A stretch of 64,000 bases of DNA. Source: Zootoca vivipara (lineage: Eukaryota). The stretch spans positions 27,838,001 through 27,902,000 of the forward strand of contig NC_083288.1 in NCBI RefSeq assembly GCF_963506605.1, written 5' to 3'. Under the pieces are notes generated by a model. That model ran no database searches. It saw only the letters and a program-made list of their open reading frames with translations, and was not told where the DNA came from. The position numbers and the translations under genes are program-made. This document shows positions 1 to 12,780 of the stretch, piece by piece (the first letter of the stretch is position 1; each line of letters begins with the position of its first letter).

Positions 1-2069
1 CAACAAAAATGAAATTTAAAAGCCCCGCTTCAAGGAATTTCCGGGCTTGCTCTCAGTAAAATAACCCCCCTTTCTCACTACAGGCTCATAGCCCCTAATG
101 GTGGTTGTTTGATGCTTCAACTCTGCTGAATATGTGCAAGAATATTATTCCACTGGAATTCTTAAAAGAACATACACCCTTGTGTTACAGTTTTACCTTG
201 CAGAACATGGTTCATAAAATGGCTCTGATCCATCTTTAATAAACCCAACTTTCGCTTTTTTGAGGATGACTTTACTTTTCTATGCTGTCCTTAGACTAGT
301 CAGATAACACCAGCTAAAAGCATAACATTGCAATGACACAAACGGCTTTTGTTCTGGTCCACCATAAAGGTTCAACCTAAATCTCCTACAGTTGTGCCAG
401 AGGAATTCTAAGTGTAATTCTCCTAGGATTTATAAACAACTAGTTAATTGTTGTGGCTTTTGCAATTTAGCTCCACATTGAATTGTGGATACGAATGCAT
501 GTGTTTTAATACCACATTCACACCATACATTTAAAGCACTCTTAGGTCCCATCAGCACTATACATGTAAATCACTTTAAGTAGGCATGATTTCACTGAAA
601 GAATTCTGGCAACTATAATTGTTAAGAGTACTGAGCAGGGGCACCGACTTGGGCCCCAGATTGTGGGTCCCAGCGGCGTGCATGACATAATGTGATGGGA
701 TGGCATTATGTTAAGGCATGCATGCCACATCAGTGCCTGGGAGTACTGGAATTCATGTCTGAGGCCCCGCATGGCCTTGGACTCCACCTCTGAGGCCTAG
801 GACACCACCCCCAAGACCCCACAAGGCCTGAGATGTAACCTCTGGTGGTTCGTAAGGTCCCGAAAGTCACACTGGAGGCCCCATGAGACCACAGACACCA
901 GCCCTGAGGCCCCGCGAGACCTCGGGACATGACTTCCAGTGCTTCACAAGGGCCTGGAAGCTGTGTCCAAGGTTCCATGAGGCAGAATGATTTAAAAATA
1001 TATCCTTCAAGTATTGCAGCTCTGTGGGAGAAAGGGGGTTTCCTAGTAACTCTCAGTGTCCTTGACAAAGTACAGTTTCCAGGAATTTTTAAGGGAAGCT
1101 ATGACTGTTCAAAGTGGTTGTAATTCTGAACTGTCTTCTTCTCTGGAAGGGTCAGGCTGGGGAGGTGGTCTCCACCATTCCTCCTCTGTCCAGTCCCTGA
1201 CAACACCCAAACCTACAAGTGTTCCTTAGGACACCTAAGAGAACACCATGCAAAATTGTTAACATGCAGGTAATAATTGGGAGAGACCCAATATTGATTG
1301 ATACTTCAGCATACATAAATGGATGGATGTGCAGATATTTTCTTGATATTTCCTCAGGACACACCAAAATAATTGTACTGTGATTTCCAAAGAAATTCAG
1401 GACAGAGTTGTATGTCTCATGTGAATCTCCTCCCAGCAAATCCTTACAAGTTATCCCTGTGTGTATTATTAATGTGTTAAACAAATCCCAAGCGAGGGAC
1501 ATTATTTTATATAAAACATTTCCTTTCTCTGTTTCACATGCATCAGAAAGCATTGCTGTTTGGCAGGGAAATCAGGTTAGAGAATACATTCGGTATTTGC
1601 TATTCTTGTTTTCAATCCTCAAATGATATGTAATTAATGACGCCTTCAGATTTGCATTGTATTTCCTTTGCATTTGAATGAATGGCCTTTGTATTGGTTA
1701 GAGAGAATATAAAGATTAGTACAGCTTTGGCTAAACAATCATATCCAGGCTATGTCCACAGCAGCACCCCTTTATTGCTATGTTTAGGCTGAAACCCTGT
1801 ATACCTACCTGCATGGGAGAGTAAGTCCCATTGAACTGAAAGAGGTTAACTTCTGAGCAGACATGTTTAAGATTGCATTGTTAATCACTCCTTTGTAATC
1901 CAAGGTGCACTGACATGGCTACAGCTTATCTGGTTGATGTTGGGGGCAAAGCAGGACAGCAGAAAAGTCAGGACTGGATGGACATATTGGTGTGGGATTT
2001 TGGTGCCTGGTGTAACACAGATTCCTATGCTCCTAATAATAATTTAAAACAATAATCAGTTTTTAAATA

Positions 2070-2386
2070 CAGTGGTGCCTTGACTTACGGATGGTGCCTC
2101 GACTTACGGATTTAATCCGTTCCGAAGGCACCTTCGTAAGTCGAAAAATTCGTGAGTTGAAAAACGCCATTGGAAACGCGATTTCCCATAGGATTGCATT
2201 GGAAACCGAAAAATTCGTAAGTCGAAGCAACCCTATCTTAAAATTCGTAAGTCAAAAAATTCCTATCTAAATCCGCCACAGGTTTTTCCCCCGGATGTCA
2301 AGACATTTGTAAGCACGCGGCCATTGCCCCCATTTGTAAGTCAAAAAATTTGGTTGTCGAGTCGTTCGTAAGCCGAGGTACCACTG
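2070..2386. mobile_element. Non-autonomous Tc1/mariner (Tigger/pogo-like) MITE
   Basis: Terminal inverted repeats CAGTGGTGCCTTGACTTACG / CGTAAGCCGAGGTACCACTG flanked by TA on both sides. Part of the left TIR is duplicated in tandem. Confidence 0.8.
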
Positions 2387-2514
2387 TACCAAGAAAAACA
2401 GAAATAAAAGTAGCTGCATCTAAAACAACATTGCAAAAATCAGATTGTCCAAAAGTAGCTTACTGAAAGCATATCCTTCAACATTTCTCTGATTAAAATA
2501 GGGACACTCTACTC

Positions 2515-2545
<31 letters not shown>

Positions 2546-2700
2546 TCTTCTTCTTCTTCTTCTTCTTCTTCTTCTTCTTCTTCTTCTTCCTATTTATACC
2601 CCGCCCATCTGACTAGGTTGCCTCTGGGTTGCCAACATATACAAAAACATAATTAAATATTAAGCATTAAACAACTTCCTTATACAGTATTGCCTTCAGG
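2515..2700 (-). repeat. (AAT)n + (TTC)n microsatellite tail joined to the 3' end of an L2-like LINE
   Basis: Simple repeats at 2515-2589, then TATTTATACCCCGCCCATCTG..., which matches the 3' end of the L2 at ~13685-13810. Confidence 0.7.
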
Positions 2701-3182
2701 TGGCTTTGGGGGTCACCCTCCAATATTTATCCAATGAAAATAGGGACATCCTAAGGAAAAGTGGGATATTCCGGGTTCAAAGCAGAAACTGGGATGGGTA
2801 CTGTAAATCCGGGACTGTCCCTAGAAAATAGGGACACTTGGAGGGTCTGTGAAAGGTATGTCTAAACAAGATAATTTTTGGCTGATATCTAAAGATAAGA
2901 GTGTGAATCATCAAGGCCATTCCAAAGCCTGGACATCATCAATGAGATGGCCCCCTTCCTCATGGTCAACAGCAGCATCTCATATGAAGATGAAACTTAG
3001 AGCAGAGAGTCCTCTGAAGACTGAATCACAGAGAGAAGTACTTGTGAATAAAGGTGGGTCCTTTAGCTATCCAGCTCCCAAACCATTCAGAGCTTTAAAT
3101 AATAAATATTTAAATGCAAAGCACTTTGAACTGGGGGTGGAAATTGTTCAGGAAACAGTAAATCAGTATAATGTTGGTATTA

Positions 3183-4300
3183 CCGTGTTTCCCTTATTTT
3201 AAGACGTAGTCATAAAATAAGCCATAGCAGGATTTTAAAGCATTTGTGCAATATAAGCCATACCCCGAAAATCAGACATAGTGATAGGTGCACGAGTAGG
3301 AGCCAGCGGGACCCAGCAGCAGCAACGCCGGCCTCAGGAGGAGGAGGCAGGCGCCCAGAACCGGCTGCTGCTGCTGCAGCTACAGCACCGAAAAAGCATG
3401 GAAGGAGAGTGCTGAGTGCCCCAAGCCAGCGGGACCCAGCAGCAGCAAGCCGGCCGCAGCAGGAGGAGGCAGGCACCCAGAACTGGCTGCTGCAGCGGCT
3501 AGCATTGCTGCTGCTGGGTCCTGCTGGCTCGGGGCGCTCGGCGCTCTCTTCCGTGCAGTGCTGCTGGGCGCTTTGTCGGCATTGCAGCAGCCAGTTCTGG
3601 GTGCCTGCCTCCTCCTGCCAACAAAGCACCCAGCAGTGCCACGCGGAAGAGAGCGCTGAGTGCCCTGAGCCAGCGGGACCCAGCAGCAGCAACACCGGCT
3701 GTGGCAGGAGGAGGCAGGTGCTTGGAACTGGTGGCAGCGGCTGCTGCCGCATTCCTTTTTGGGAAAGGAATGCCCCGTGGCGTCGGCGGCGCTAAGGGGA
3801 GGGTCTCTGGGTTGGCTGGGCACGGGATTTGGGCATTGTGGCCCCGGGAGGAGCGCAGGTGGCGCTGTGTGCACTCCTGGCTCTGGCCGCACTTGTCAGG
3901 CACGACCCCTCCCCATCCATTCCCGTGGTGCTCGCCTTCCCTCTCCCTCCACTGAATCCACCGGCTTCCTTTCAAGTCCCCGGGATATCTCTGCATCTAG
4001 GAGGGAGCGGCAGTGGAAGCCCCACTTTCCAGAGGGTTATGTTAAATAATAATAATAATAATAAGCTTATGTTCAAAAGGCCAGAGATTGTCAAATCCAT
4101 ACATTTAGGGAATAAGGCGCCTCCGCTTCACCACCACCACCCGCAATGCCGGGGCTGTCAATCTCACCCCAAGGGACCGGCTCCAGAGGTCCAAATGTAG
4201 ATTGCTTAATAAAAAAAGGCACCCCCAAAAAATAAGCCATAGGCTTATTTTCTTGAGTAAAATAAATATAAGATGGTGTCTTAAGATAGGGGCAACACCA
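3183..4300. mobile_element. Non-autonomous Tigger/mariner-like DNA element with a GC-rich CAG/CTG interior
   Basis: Left end TA|CCGTGTTTCCCTTATTTTAAGAC, degenerate right end GTCTTAAGATAGGGGCAACACC. AAAATAAGCCATA is repeated near both ends. The interior has direct and inverted CAGCAGC/GGAGGAGG units. Confidence 0.65.
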
Positions 4301-4433
4301 GAACAGGTCTACTCAGAAGCATCTTCCACTGAATTAAATGGGGCTTACTCTCAAGCAGGCAGCCTCATGGTGTCTCTAAACCTGTGTTGGACCATAGCTA
4401 ATTGAGACCATGATAATCTTTCTTTTAGATATA

Positions 4434-5375
4434 ATGAAAGAAAGCAATCAGACCACTTTGCCGAAGGAATTTATCTTAATGGGGCTTACAGACAACGCTA
4501 CAATCAAAGTTGCACTTTTTGCTGTGTTCAATGTGATTTACATAGCAGCCATGATTGCCAACCTGCTCATAGTCATGTTGGTCAAAGCAGATTCTCGCCT
4601 TCACACACCAATGTATTTCTTCTTATCGAACTTCTCCATCTTGGAGGTTTGCTACACTTCAACTGTGGTGCCCCAGATGCTATCTCACCTTCTGGCTGAG
4701 AAAAAGAGCATCCCACTGATCCAGTGTGCTGTGCAACTGTATTTCTTCCTTTCATTTGGCATTACAGAATGTTTTCTTCTCACTGTCATGTCATATGACC
4801 GTCATGTTGCCATTTGCTTTCCACTGCACTATAGCCTCATCATGACCAACCGGGCATGTATTGCAATGGCCACAACTTCTTGGGTGGGTGGCTTCTTTTT
4901 TTCTGCCATCAACACTGCATTCACTTTGAAACAATCCTTTGGTGACCATAACAAGATAGACCATTTTCTCTGTGAAATGCCAGCCTTAGTCAGTATAGCT
5001 TATGGAGGGACACACCAAGCCAAGATGTGCATGTTTATTTCCTGTGTGTTCACCTTGATATTACCTCTTTTGTTAATACTTGTGTCTTATACTCGCATAC
5101 TCTACACCATCCTTGGTAGCCATTTTGGTATGGGGACACGCAAGGCCCTCTCCACTTGCTCCTCACACTTGACTGTGGTCACACTCTTTTTTGGATCAGT
5201 CCTTTCAATATATCTGAGACCAAAATCCAGTGCATCAAAGGAGCATGTCAAAATAGCCTCTGTGTTTTACATAGTCATCACTCCTGCACTCAGCCCCTTC
5301 ATATACAGTCTGAGAAATAAAGATGTGATGCAAGCCCTAAAGAAATTGATGCATAAAAGCAGAGAGCTTAACTAA
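4434..5375 (+). CDS. Olfactory receptor, class II (family 2/13-like), 313 aa, intact
   Basis: Motifs LHTPMYFFLSNFS, MSYDRHVAICFPLHY, HFLCE, KALSTCSSHL, PFIYSLRN. ATG 4434 follows a splice acceptor (TCTTTCTTTTAG, ends 4428) and precedes the NQT sequon. The ORF-track start at 4410 is probably intronic. Confidence 0.95.
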   Translation: MKESNQTTLPKEFILMGLTDNATIKVALFAVFNVIYIAAMIANLLIVMLVKADSRLHTPMYFFLSNFSILEVCYTSTVVPQMLSHLLAEKKSIPLIQCAVQLYFFLSFGITECFLLTVMSYDRHVAICFPLHYSLIMTNRACIAMATTSWVGGFFFSAINTAFTLKQSFGDHNKIDHFLCEMPALVSIAYGGTHQAKMCMFISCVFTLILPLLLILVSYTRILYTILGSHFGMGTRKALSTCSSHLTVVTLFFGSVLSIYLRPKSSASKEHVKIASVFYIVITPALSPFIYSLRNKDVMQALKKLMHKSRELN

Positions 5376-5658
5376 TCTGGTGTCACAGGTGGATGGGAAG
5401 GATGCTGTTAGAGGCTTTGCAAATCTCTAGGATGGATAGATCTTGTATTTGAGACAAATCTCATCCTCTGCTGTGAGGTATACACTACTGGAAGAAATTT
5501 CATGCTTATTGAGTGCGGATGGAGTCTTGAAGATCTGTCACATACATAATGCTCAGGTATTAAACTGTGAAAAAGTGCAAATATTTGATTAATCCAGAAT
5601 CTGAAGCAAAATAATCTTCTTCTTTTTTTAAAGGAATGCTGAAGAGAAAAGTCAAGTA

Positions 5659-5887
5659 CATGGTACCTCGGTCTACGAACGTAATTTGTTCCGGAAGTCC
5701 ATTCTTAAACCAAAGCGTTCTTAAACTGAGGCGCGCTTTCCCTACTGAGGCCTCCTGCCGCCGGTGCCCTTCCACTGTTTATGTTCCATTCGTCTTCCGA
5801 GGCAATGTTCGCTAGCTGGAACACCTACGTCCGGTTTTGGGGAATTCGTTGCCCAAATAGGACTGTTCGTAGACCGAGATACCACTG
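5659..5887. mobile_element. Tigger/pogo-like MITE
   Basis: TA|CATGGTACCTCGGTCTACGAAC ... GTTCGTAGACCGAGATACCACTG|TA inverted termini. Confidence 0.75.
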
Positions 5888-6921
5888 TAAAAGACAAAAA
5901 GGGGTTGGAAATAGGCTGAATGTCAAAGTGACTTTAAATTATGCCATTCAAACTATAATTCCATCTGTTCCATTATCCCATTCTTTACTCTCCATGATCT
6001 CTGGCACAGTTTTAAACACGGCCCACCCCTTCTTCCAAATCAATATGTGACCTTCCGCTATGTAACCCACCCTTCCAAACCCGAAAAAGTGGCTAATGTA
6101 ACACCATTTTTAAAATGTATCCAGCAGGAATCCAAGAAATTACAGGCTGATGAACATTTATTCCAGGAGAAGTGGTGGAAAGTAAAGATCAAATGATTTA
6201 AACATGTATAAGAATGTCTTGTTGAAGAAGAATGATTCTCTCTTTGAGCCTGTCCATAGAACATAGGTTCCCACTCTATGGGTTGGAGTGACTGAAGAGA
6301 CAATGTGTACTTCAAAAACTTTTCAACAATGCCCTTCAGTCCAAGCTCGTGAATAAGTTTATTTGTCATGAGATATGAGAAGAGTTCCTCTTGTGTATCA
6401 GTAATTGGTTAAAGAACAGAAAATAGAAATAAATGTGAAATTCTCACAATGGAGGAATGTTAGAAATGGGGTACCCGAAGGGTTGGGAAGGATATTCAGT
6501 CTGATGCAAGTTGTCCTGATTTGCTCTGTTCATAACATTATGCAAACCATAACATAGCCAGTCCTTGAAATTTTCACTTATCCAACTCCCCACTCCCCCC
6601 AAAAAAATGTATACAAAAAAATGTATATTAGGGGAAGGTGTCCATAGTCTCAAAAGGTGATATAAAGGGCCACAGTGCCACTGCGTTGTTGAACCTAAAT
6701 AGGTCTGTTTCTGGTCAATAGTTTCCCAGATGGAAGAAAAGTGGGTATAAATCTAATAAAATATATAAAGTTTTAAATGTATATATTAGTGGAAAAGAAA
6801 CACACAAAAGGAATTATATTCTAAGACTTTGCTTGCTGGACTGTGTATATCAGACAAAATTGCATATGAATATGTGTATTGTAGGATAAACATGCACTAA
6901 AATGGTGACAAAGTTCCATAA

Positions 6922-6923
<2 letters not shown>

Positions 6924-6972
<49 letters not shown>
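6924..6972. repeat. (AC)n microsatellite
   Basis: Pure AC run. Others at ~30494-30537 and ~46494-46538. Confidence 0.95.
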
Positions 6973-6974
<2 letters not shown>

Positions 6975-7548
6975 AGAAACTGAAGTGTAAAGATGGTGAA
7001 CTGTACTTAAGACAGGTAAAATGAGAAACTCAGAGAAACTGAAATAGACATATTTGTCCATCACTGTTGGCCACTGTGAGAACAGGAAGTCTTTGGTCTG
7101 ATCCAGCAGGGCCCATATTACGTTATTTTAAGCAGTGCTCATACTCCCCTTTCTCTTTGCACCCATCTGGATTTTGGGATTGAAGTAACATTCTTTCAAA
7201 GGGAAATTGAATTGGGGCAACCACAATATACCCCCAACCCAGAAAACACTGTTCTGAGGTGCTTTTTTGAAATGCGAAGAATGCAAAGTGGTTGTTGCAT
7301 TAAAAATAGCTGCTTTCCTTCCCACTCAAATAAATATATACATTATATATATACATAAAGAATATACATAATTTATTTGTATGTTGCCTTTCCATAGTTT
7401 AAACTATGCTCAAGGTGGCTTACAGCATGAAAAAATACATAATCACAACATAACAAAAGTAGTCATAGACAACAAATCAAAACATCAAAAAATACACCAC
7501 CAATTTGAACAATATCCACATAAATCGTAATAAGATCTTATATAAAGA

Positions 7549-7927
7549 TAGGTAAAGGTAAAGGGACCCCTGACCATTAGGTCCAGTCGTGACCGACTCT
7601 GGGGTTGCGGCGCTCATCTCGTGTTATTGGCTGAGGGAGCCGGCATACAGCTTCTGGCTCATGTGGCCCGCATGACTAAGCCGCTTCTGGTGAACCAGAG
7701 CAGCACACGGAAACGCCGTTTACCTTCCCACCGTTTACCTTCCCACCATTTACCTTCCCACCTTACCTATTTATCTACTTGCACTTTGACATGCTTTCGA
7801 ACTGCTAGGTTGGCAGGAGCAGGGACCGTACAACGGGAGCTCACCCCGTTGCAGGGATTCGAACCGCTGACCTTCTGATCGGCAAGCCCTAGGCTCTGTG
7901 GTTTAACTCACAGTGCCACCCACGTCC
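7549..7927 (-). mobile_element. Sauria SINE, full length
   Basis: (ACCTTT)n tail on the minus strand, tRNA-like box GGGATTCGAACC, characteristic GGGACCCCTGACCATTAGGTCCAGTC. TSD TATATAAAGA at 7539-7548 and 7928-7937. Confidence 0.9.
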
Positions 7928-8775
7928 TATATAAAGAAACAAAACATTAATATCAATAACAGTACCCCCACACCCGCAAACAAAACCCCTGTCCAAGAGT
8001 CTGATCAGCAGCCTCAGCTTTTGTAGCTGGAGTCAGTCAGGGCCCTGGTGGACAAAGGCCTGCAGGACAGGGAACAGGTCTTCCAGGACTCACTTGAACA
8101 CTGTGAAACAAAAACTGGATGTACCCTGACCTGTCTTCCCCATCCCAGAGTTGACCTGGACCTTTCCCCCTTGAAATGCAGAGGTTTTCAATTCTAGGAA
8201 AGTCTGAACTGGAAAAAACCCCACATTTAAAATAAGAAAGTTCCAGGAGAACACTGAGAGGAAGTCCAAATCTGAAAGTAGACCCAAAGCTTTAAAAGGT
8301 GTCCCACTGCAGTGTATTTTTATTTTTTTTAAAAAAGGGGGGGGCAAATCTGATATTAATAATGCAGTTCTAATTTGTTCTCAGAAGTAAACCACACTGC
8401 GTTTAGTGGTTCTTTAGTGGTTCTTACTCCCAAGTTAATGCACTGATCAAACTGGTAGGTGGGGGATTTCACAAAACTACCCCCTAACCCAAACATTTTC
8501 ATGGTTTCTTTTTGGTGGGTGGGTGAAATGTTGTAATTGGCCTGAGAGGGTTACATACGGTCCAGACAACTATTTGGTTCTTCCTTCCAGAGTGTCATTT
8601 GCCATGGGAGCTCAATAGATTGCACAAAGTATTTTGTAGTATACAGTGATGAACATGCAAAGTGCAGGATCAGCTTCAAGCTAATAACAACAACACACTA
8701 TGAATACAAGTTTCTATTTACATAATTTATTCTTCAACACCAATTTGTGTTACCAGGGCCATTAAACAAAATGCA

Positions 8776-10396
8776 ATATTAACAATATATATCAGGAAAC
8801 ATACACAATGCATATCTTGTTATATTGCGAAACCATCAATTTCCTCTATGGAAGAGATTAAGTATATTGCAAAATTCAGAATAGGCACACTTGTTGAGGC
8901 AATTGGGTGAATTTTCTGTTGTGAATGGATTTTTTTTAAAATCTTGGAATTGAAGTTAGGTTCCTTTAAGAAAGTCCTTGGAAGGGATGCTTCTGATTCC
9001 TTCCTCACTGCAGTAGCTACGTGTGACACATTAAAAACCTTATTTGGAAGGTCATGGGGTCTATCCTGAACAATGTAGGATGTTGGGCAGGGGTCTAGAA
9101 ACTGAGTCTGATATTGGTCCATCTATCTCAGTGTGGTCTAGATTGACTAGAGCTGTATTCAGATGACACTTTATTTATTTATTTATTATTATTATTATTA
9201 TTAGTAGTAGTAGTAGTAGTAAAAGACTTTATTGATTTCTTCATTAAAAACATACATAAAGAATAAAAGAAAAAAGAAGAGAAAAGAAAAAACATACATA
9301 AACATACATAAACACATACATAAATAATATAAATAGTATGAATAACCTGATATAACTGAAAACTTAACATAACATAAAATAACTGAGGTTAAGAGTGATG
9401 AAAATATTAAATCATAATATTAAAAAATAATAAAGTAAACAACAACTTAAAATAAAACAAGCAGTTAAGACAAGATTAATGACATACCCCCTTTTCCCAC
9501 ATTTTATTCCACCTTCCCAGCATTTACTGACTTTTTAATTTTCACATTATACAGTTCACACGACATGAGAAATACTTCTGGAAATCTAGTGAAATTTTAG
9601 TGGACACTCCCTTGTTAATTCTTTCGGGTGTGTGTGTGTGCTTGTAGCCCCATAGAAGGAGGAGGAGGAGGAGGAGAAGAGGAGGAGGAGAAGAGGAGGA
9701 GGAGTTTGGATTTTATAGCTGCCAAGTTTTCCCTTTTCTCGCGAAGAAGCCTATTCAGCATAAGGGAAAATCCCTTAATAAAAGGGATAACTTGGCAGCT
9801 ATGAATATTAACAATATATATCAGTAAACATACAAAATGCATATCTTGTTATATTGTGAAACCATCAATTTCCTCTATGGAAGAGATTAAGTATATTGCA
9901 AAATTCAGAATAGGCACACTTGTTGAGGCAATTGGGTGAATTTTCTGTTGTGAATGGATTTTTTTTTAAAAAAATCTTGGAATTGAAGTTAGGTTCCTTT
10001 AAGAAAGTCCTTGGAAGGGATGCTTCTGATTTCATCTTCACTGCAGTAGCTACGTGTGACACATTAAAAACCTTATTTGGAAGGTCATGGGGCTATCCTG
10101 AACAATGTAGGATGTTGGGCAGGGGTCTAGAAACTGAGTCTGATATTGGTCCATCTATCTCAGTGTGGTCTAGATTGACTAGAGCTGTATTCAGATGCCA
10201 CTTTATTCCACCTTCCCAGCATTTACTGACGTTTTAATTTTCACATTATACAGTTCACACGACACGAGAAGTACTTCTAGAAATCTAGTGAAATGTTAGT
10301 GGACACTCCCATGTTAATTGTTTCGGGGGAGGGTGCTTTTAGCCCCATAGAAGGAGGAGGAGGAGGAGGAGGAGGAGGAGGAGTTTGGATTTTATA
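8776..10396. repeat. Direct tandem duplication of a ~0.6 kb unit (8776-9716 and 9804-10396)
   Basis: Near-identical sequence from AATATTAACAATATATATCAG through (GGA)n-GAGTTTGGATTTTATA. The first copy has an extra AT-rich insert at ~9175-9500. Confidence 0.9.
9714..9803. mobile_element. 90-bp hAT-type MITE (CATAGCTGCCAAGTT family) at the duplication junction
   Basis: Same 90-bp sequence as 29859, 47533 and 50703. Inverted termini, no TSD at this copy. Confidence 0.8.
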
Positions 10397-10617
10397 TGCC
10401 GCTTTATCACTACCCTAAAGAGTCCCTAAGTGGCTAACAATCTCCTTTCCCTTCCTCCCACACAACAAACACTCTGTGAGGTGAGTGAGGCTGAGAGACT
10501 TCAAAGAAGTGTGACTAGCCCAAGTTCACCCAGCAGCTGCATGTGGAGGAGTGGGGAAACGAACCTGGTTCACCAGATTACAAGACCACTGCTCTTAACC
10601 ACTACACCACACTGGCA
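10351..10617 (-). mobile_element. tRNA-derived CORE-type (MIR/Squam3-like) SINE with (TCC)n tail
   Basis: Minus-strand head CCAGTGTGGTGTAGTGGTTAAGAGC... and a simple-repeat tail. A second fragment lies at 48648-48822. Confidence 0.7.
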
Positions 10618-11328
10618 TTGACTCAGATAACCATGACAGCTTTGCATTTCAATTTCATATGACAAAATTTGGGACAGTATCCTGGCATATCCCCCCCCCC
10701 GGTGCCATTTAAAACATAGTGCAGCATGGTGGGATAGTCAAAGTTCTGGAATGCAACAATTGTAGCTGTATAAAAGGGATGCTAGAAAGTGGGACATAAC
10801 CACAAAAACCCATGCAAGAAACCCCACTTCTGAATGCAGACTAGCAGTAGATCTCCAGGGTTTCTAGCAAAAATATATTCCAGCCTTTCCTGGACTGAAC
10901 ATGGGACCTTTTACATAGTTTCCCATCCATTCCCCAAAGCACATTGCGTAAGAGGATTCCCCAGCCAAGCAGAAAGATCTTTGTGGGATTTCTGGTGGTT
11001 ACAGCAGGAGAGGAACTCACATAATCCTCCCTCACACAAATTTATTCAATAAAAACTTTCTACTGCCTAATTATTATTATTTGTACCCCCTCTTCCGACT
11101 GGGTTGACTCAGCCAGTCTGTTAGCAGAGATCCAGGGAGGGTTAGATGAATTAGTTTCTATTTAAATCAATGGGATTTAGATTAAAGGATAATTAACCTA
11201 ATCCCATTAATTTTAAAGGGACCACAGTTCAAGTAAATCATTCTGGATCCAAGCTAATGCTTTCAGAAATTAGTAGGTACAAGTCCCTACCTATATTGGA
11301 TCTCACACAATATGTCGATTCATTTTTA

Positions 11329-12222
11329 TCACCCCAAAGCCTTTCTATCCCACATTCTTTTAAAGGCACGTTTTACCTCTTTATTCCTCAAGCTGTATAT
11401 GAGAGGGTTCAAAATGGGACCAATAACAGTATAGAAAAGGGAGAGATATTTGCCAGTGTTTGGTGAGTAAGTGGAATTGGGCTTCAAATATGTAATACAA
11501 GCAGAACCATAGAACAAGGTCACCACAATGAGGTGTGAAGAGCAGGTGGAGAAGGTCTTCTTCCGACCTTCAGAGGAGGAGATCTTCAAAATGGTGGTAA
11601 TAATGCCAGCGTAAGACATCAAGATCAGGATAAAAGGCAACGTCCCAAAAATCATAGCCCCAACAAAGACTCCAATTTCAACCCTTGAGGTGTCCCCACA
11701 AGCCAATTTCAGCAAAGGAGGGATGTCACAAACAAAGTGGTTGATCACATTGGAACCACAGTAGGAGAGAGTAAACAGCATGCTGGTGTGACCAAAGGAC
11801 ATCAGAAACCCACTTAACCAAGACACAACAGCTAATGTAGTATAAACCTTTCGGCTCATCAGGATGGGATAGTGCAAGGGCTTACAAATGGCAATGTATC
11901 GATCGAAGGCCATTGAGGCCAAGAGGAAACATTCTGACCCCCCAAGGAAGAATACAAAGTAGGTCTGCAGAGCACATCCAATGAAGGAGATGGATTTATT
12001 TCCAGAAAGGAGGTTTGCCAGCATCTTAGGAACGTTGACAGATGTGTAGCAGATCTCCAGAAAAGACAGGTTTCTTAGGAAGAAATACATGGGAGTGTGG
12101 AGGGCAGGGTCAGCCAATGTCAGGAGAATGATGAGAAGGTTTCCTGCCAGAGTGATGATATAGAGTGCCAGGAAAGTGAAGAATAATGCACATACTGCAG
12201 GGTTTAACTTCATTGGAATCAT
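11329..12222 (-). pseudogene. OR (family 10-like) with its native N-terminus deleted; frame still open (297 aa), function doubtful
   Basis: All 7TM motifs are present. Compared with paralogs, 224 bp covering the acceptor, ATG and NST sequon are missing (junction GCAC at 12188-12191). An upstream intronic ATG is in frame. Confidence 0.8.
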
Positions 12223-12544
12223 TAGGATTTAGAAGTGTTCTTATAATAAAAATTCTAAATTCTACCTGTAGCTTCTGTGTCTTCTTCACATGGAGAGGTA
12301 TTGTTTTAATAATCATTAAAGAGATTTCTCTGAAATTTCCTTCCGTATAATCATCATTTATTTATTTTTAACAAGGCAAGTGCTGACCTTTGGTAGGATT
12401 GTTCCTAAATAACATTATTAAAAGGCATCAAACTTGAAAAATAATCTTTGTCTAATAAATAATTTAGTATCATTCATGAGAAGGAATGTAGAAAGTGTGT
12501 TCCTTCAGAGTGAAACATGCCAAAGACTTTTAAAAAATAATAAT

Positions 12545-12780
12545 ATGGTACTTACTGAAGTCCTGGAAAGTCTCACCCAGCTCTCTGTTCCTGATGCTCT
12601 TGTTGCACTAGAGATTTCTCAGCCACAGTTATAGAACGTTGTGATCTTAGGCTGCCTTCAGTGTATTTGCCTCTTCACCATGCTTTATTCTGCCAGATTC
12701 TTCCCTCTGGGAGCTGTGCTCAAAGACAGATCACAATGAATAACAGAGTGAGCAGGCAGATGCATTAATGTAGCTATTCA
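12545..12780 (-). promoter_or_regulatory. Putative non-coding exon 1 donor and promoter block of the OR unit (also ~19350-19575, 24625-24850, 28225-28450, 29285-29500)
   Basis: The minus-strand donor reads GTAAGT or GTGAGT in every copy, so variation preserves the consensus. An O/E (EBF)-like CTCCCAGAGGGA is conserved even in the divergent 29.4 kb copy, with TAAT nearby in U1-U4. Confidence 0.55.

Noticed and set aside
3210-4200. Overlapping 120-180 aa ORFs on both strands
   Set aside because: Low-complexity Ala/Ser/Gln translations of a GC-rich transposon interior. Stops are rare by composition.
7840-7927. tRNA-like box B sequences (also ~49085 and ~61495)
   Set aside because: Heads of SINEs, not tRNA genes.
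8820-9122. 100-aa minus-strand ORF in the duplicated segment
   Set aside because: No recognisable motif, and the frame is broken in the second copy.
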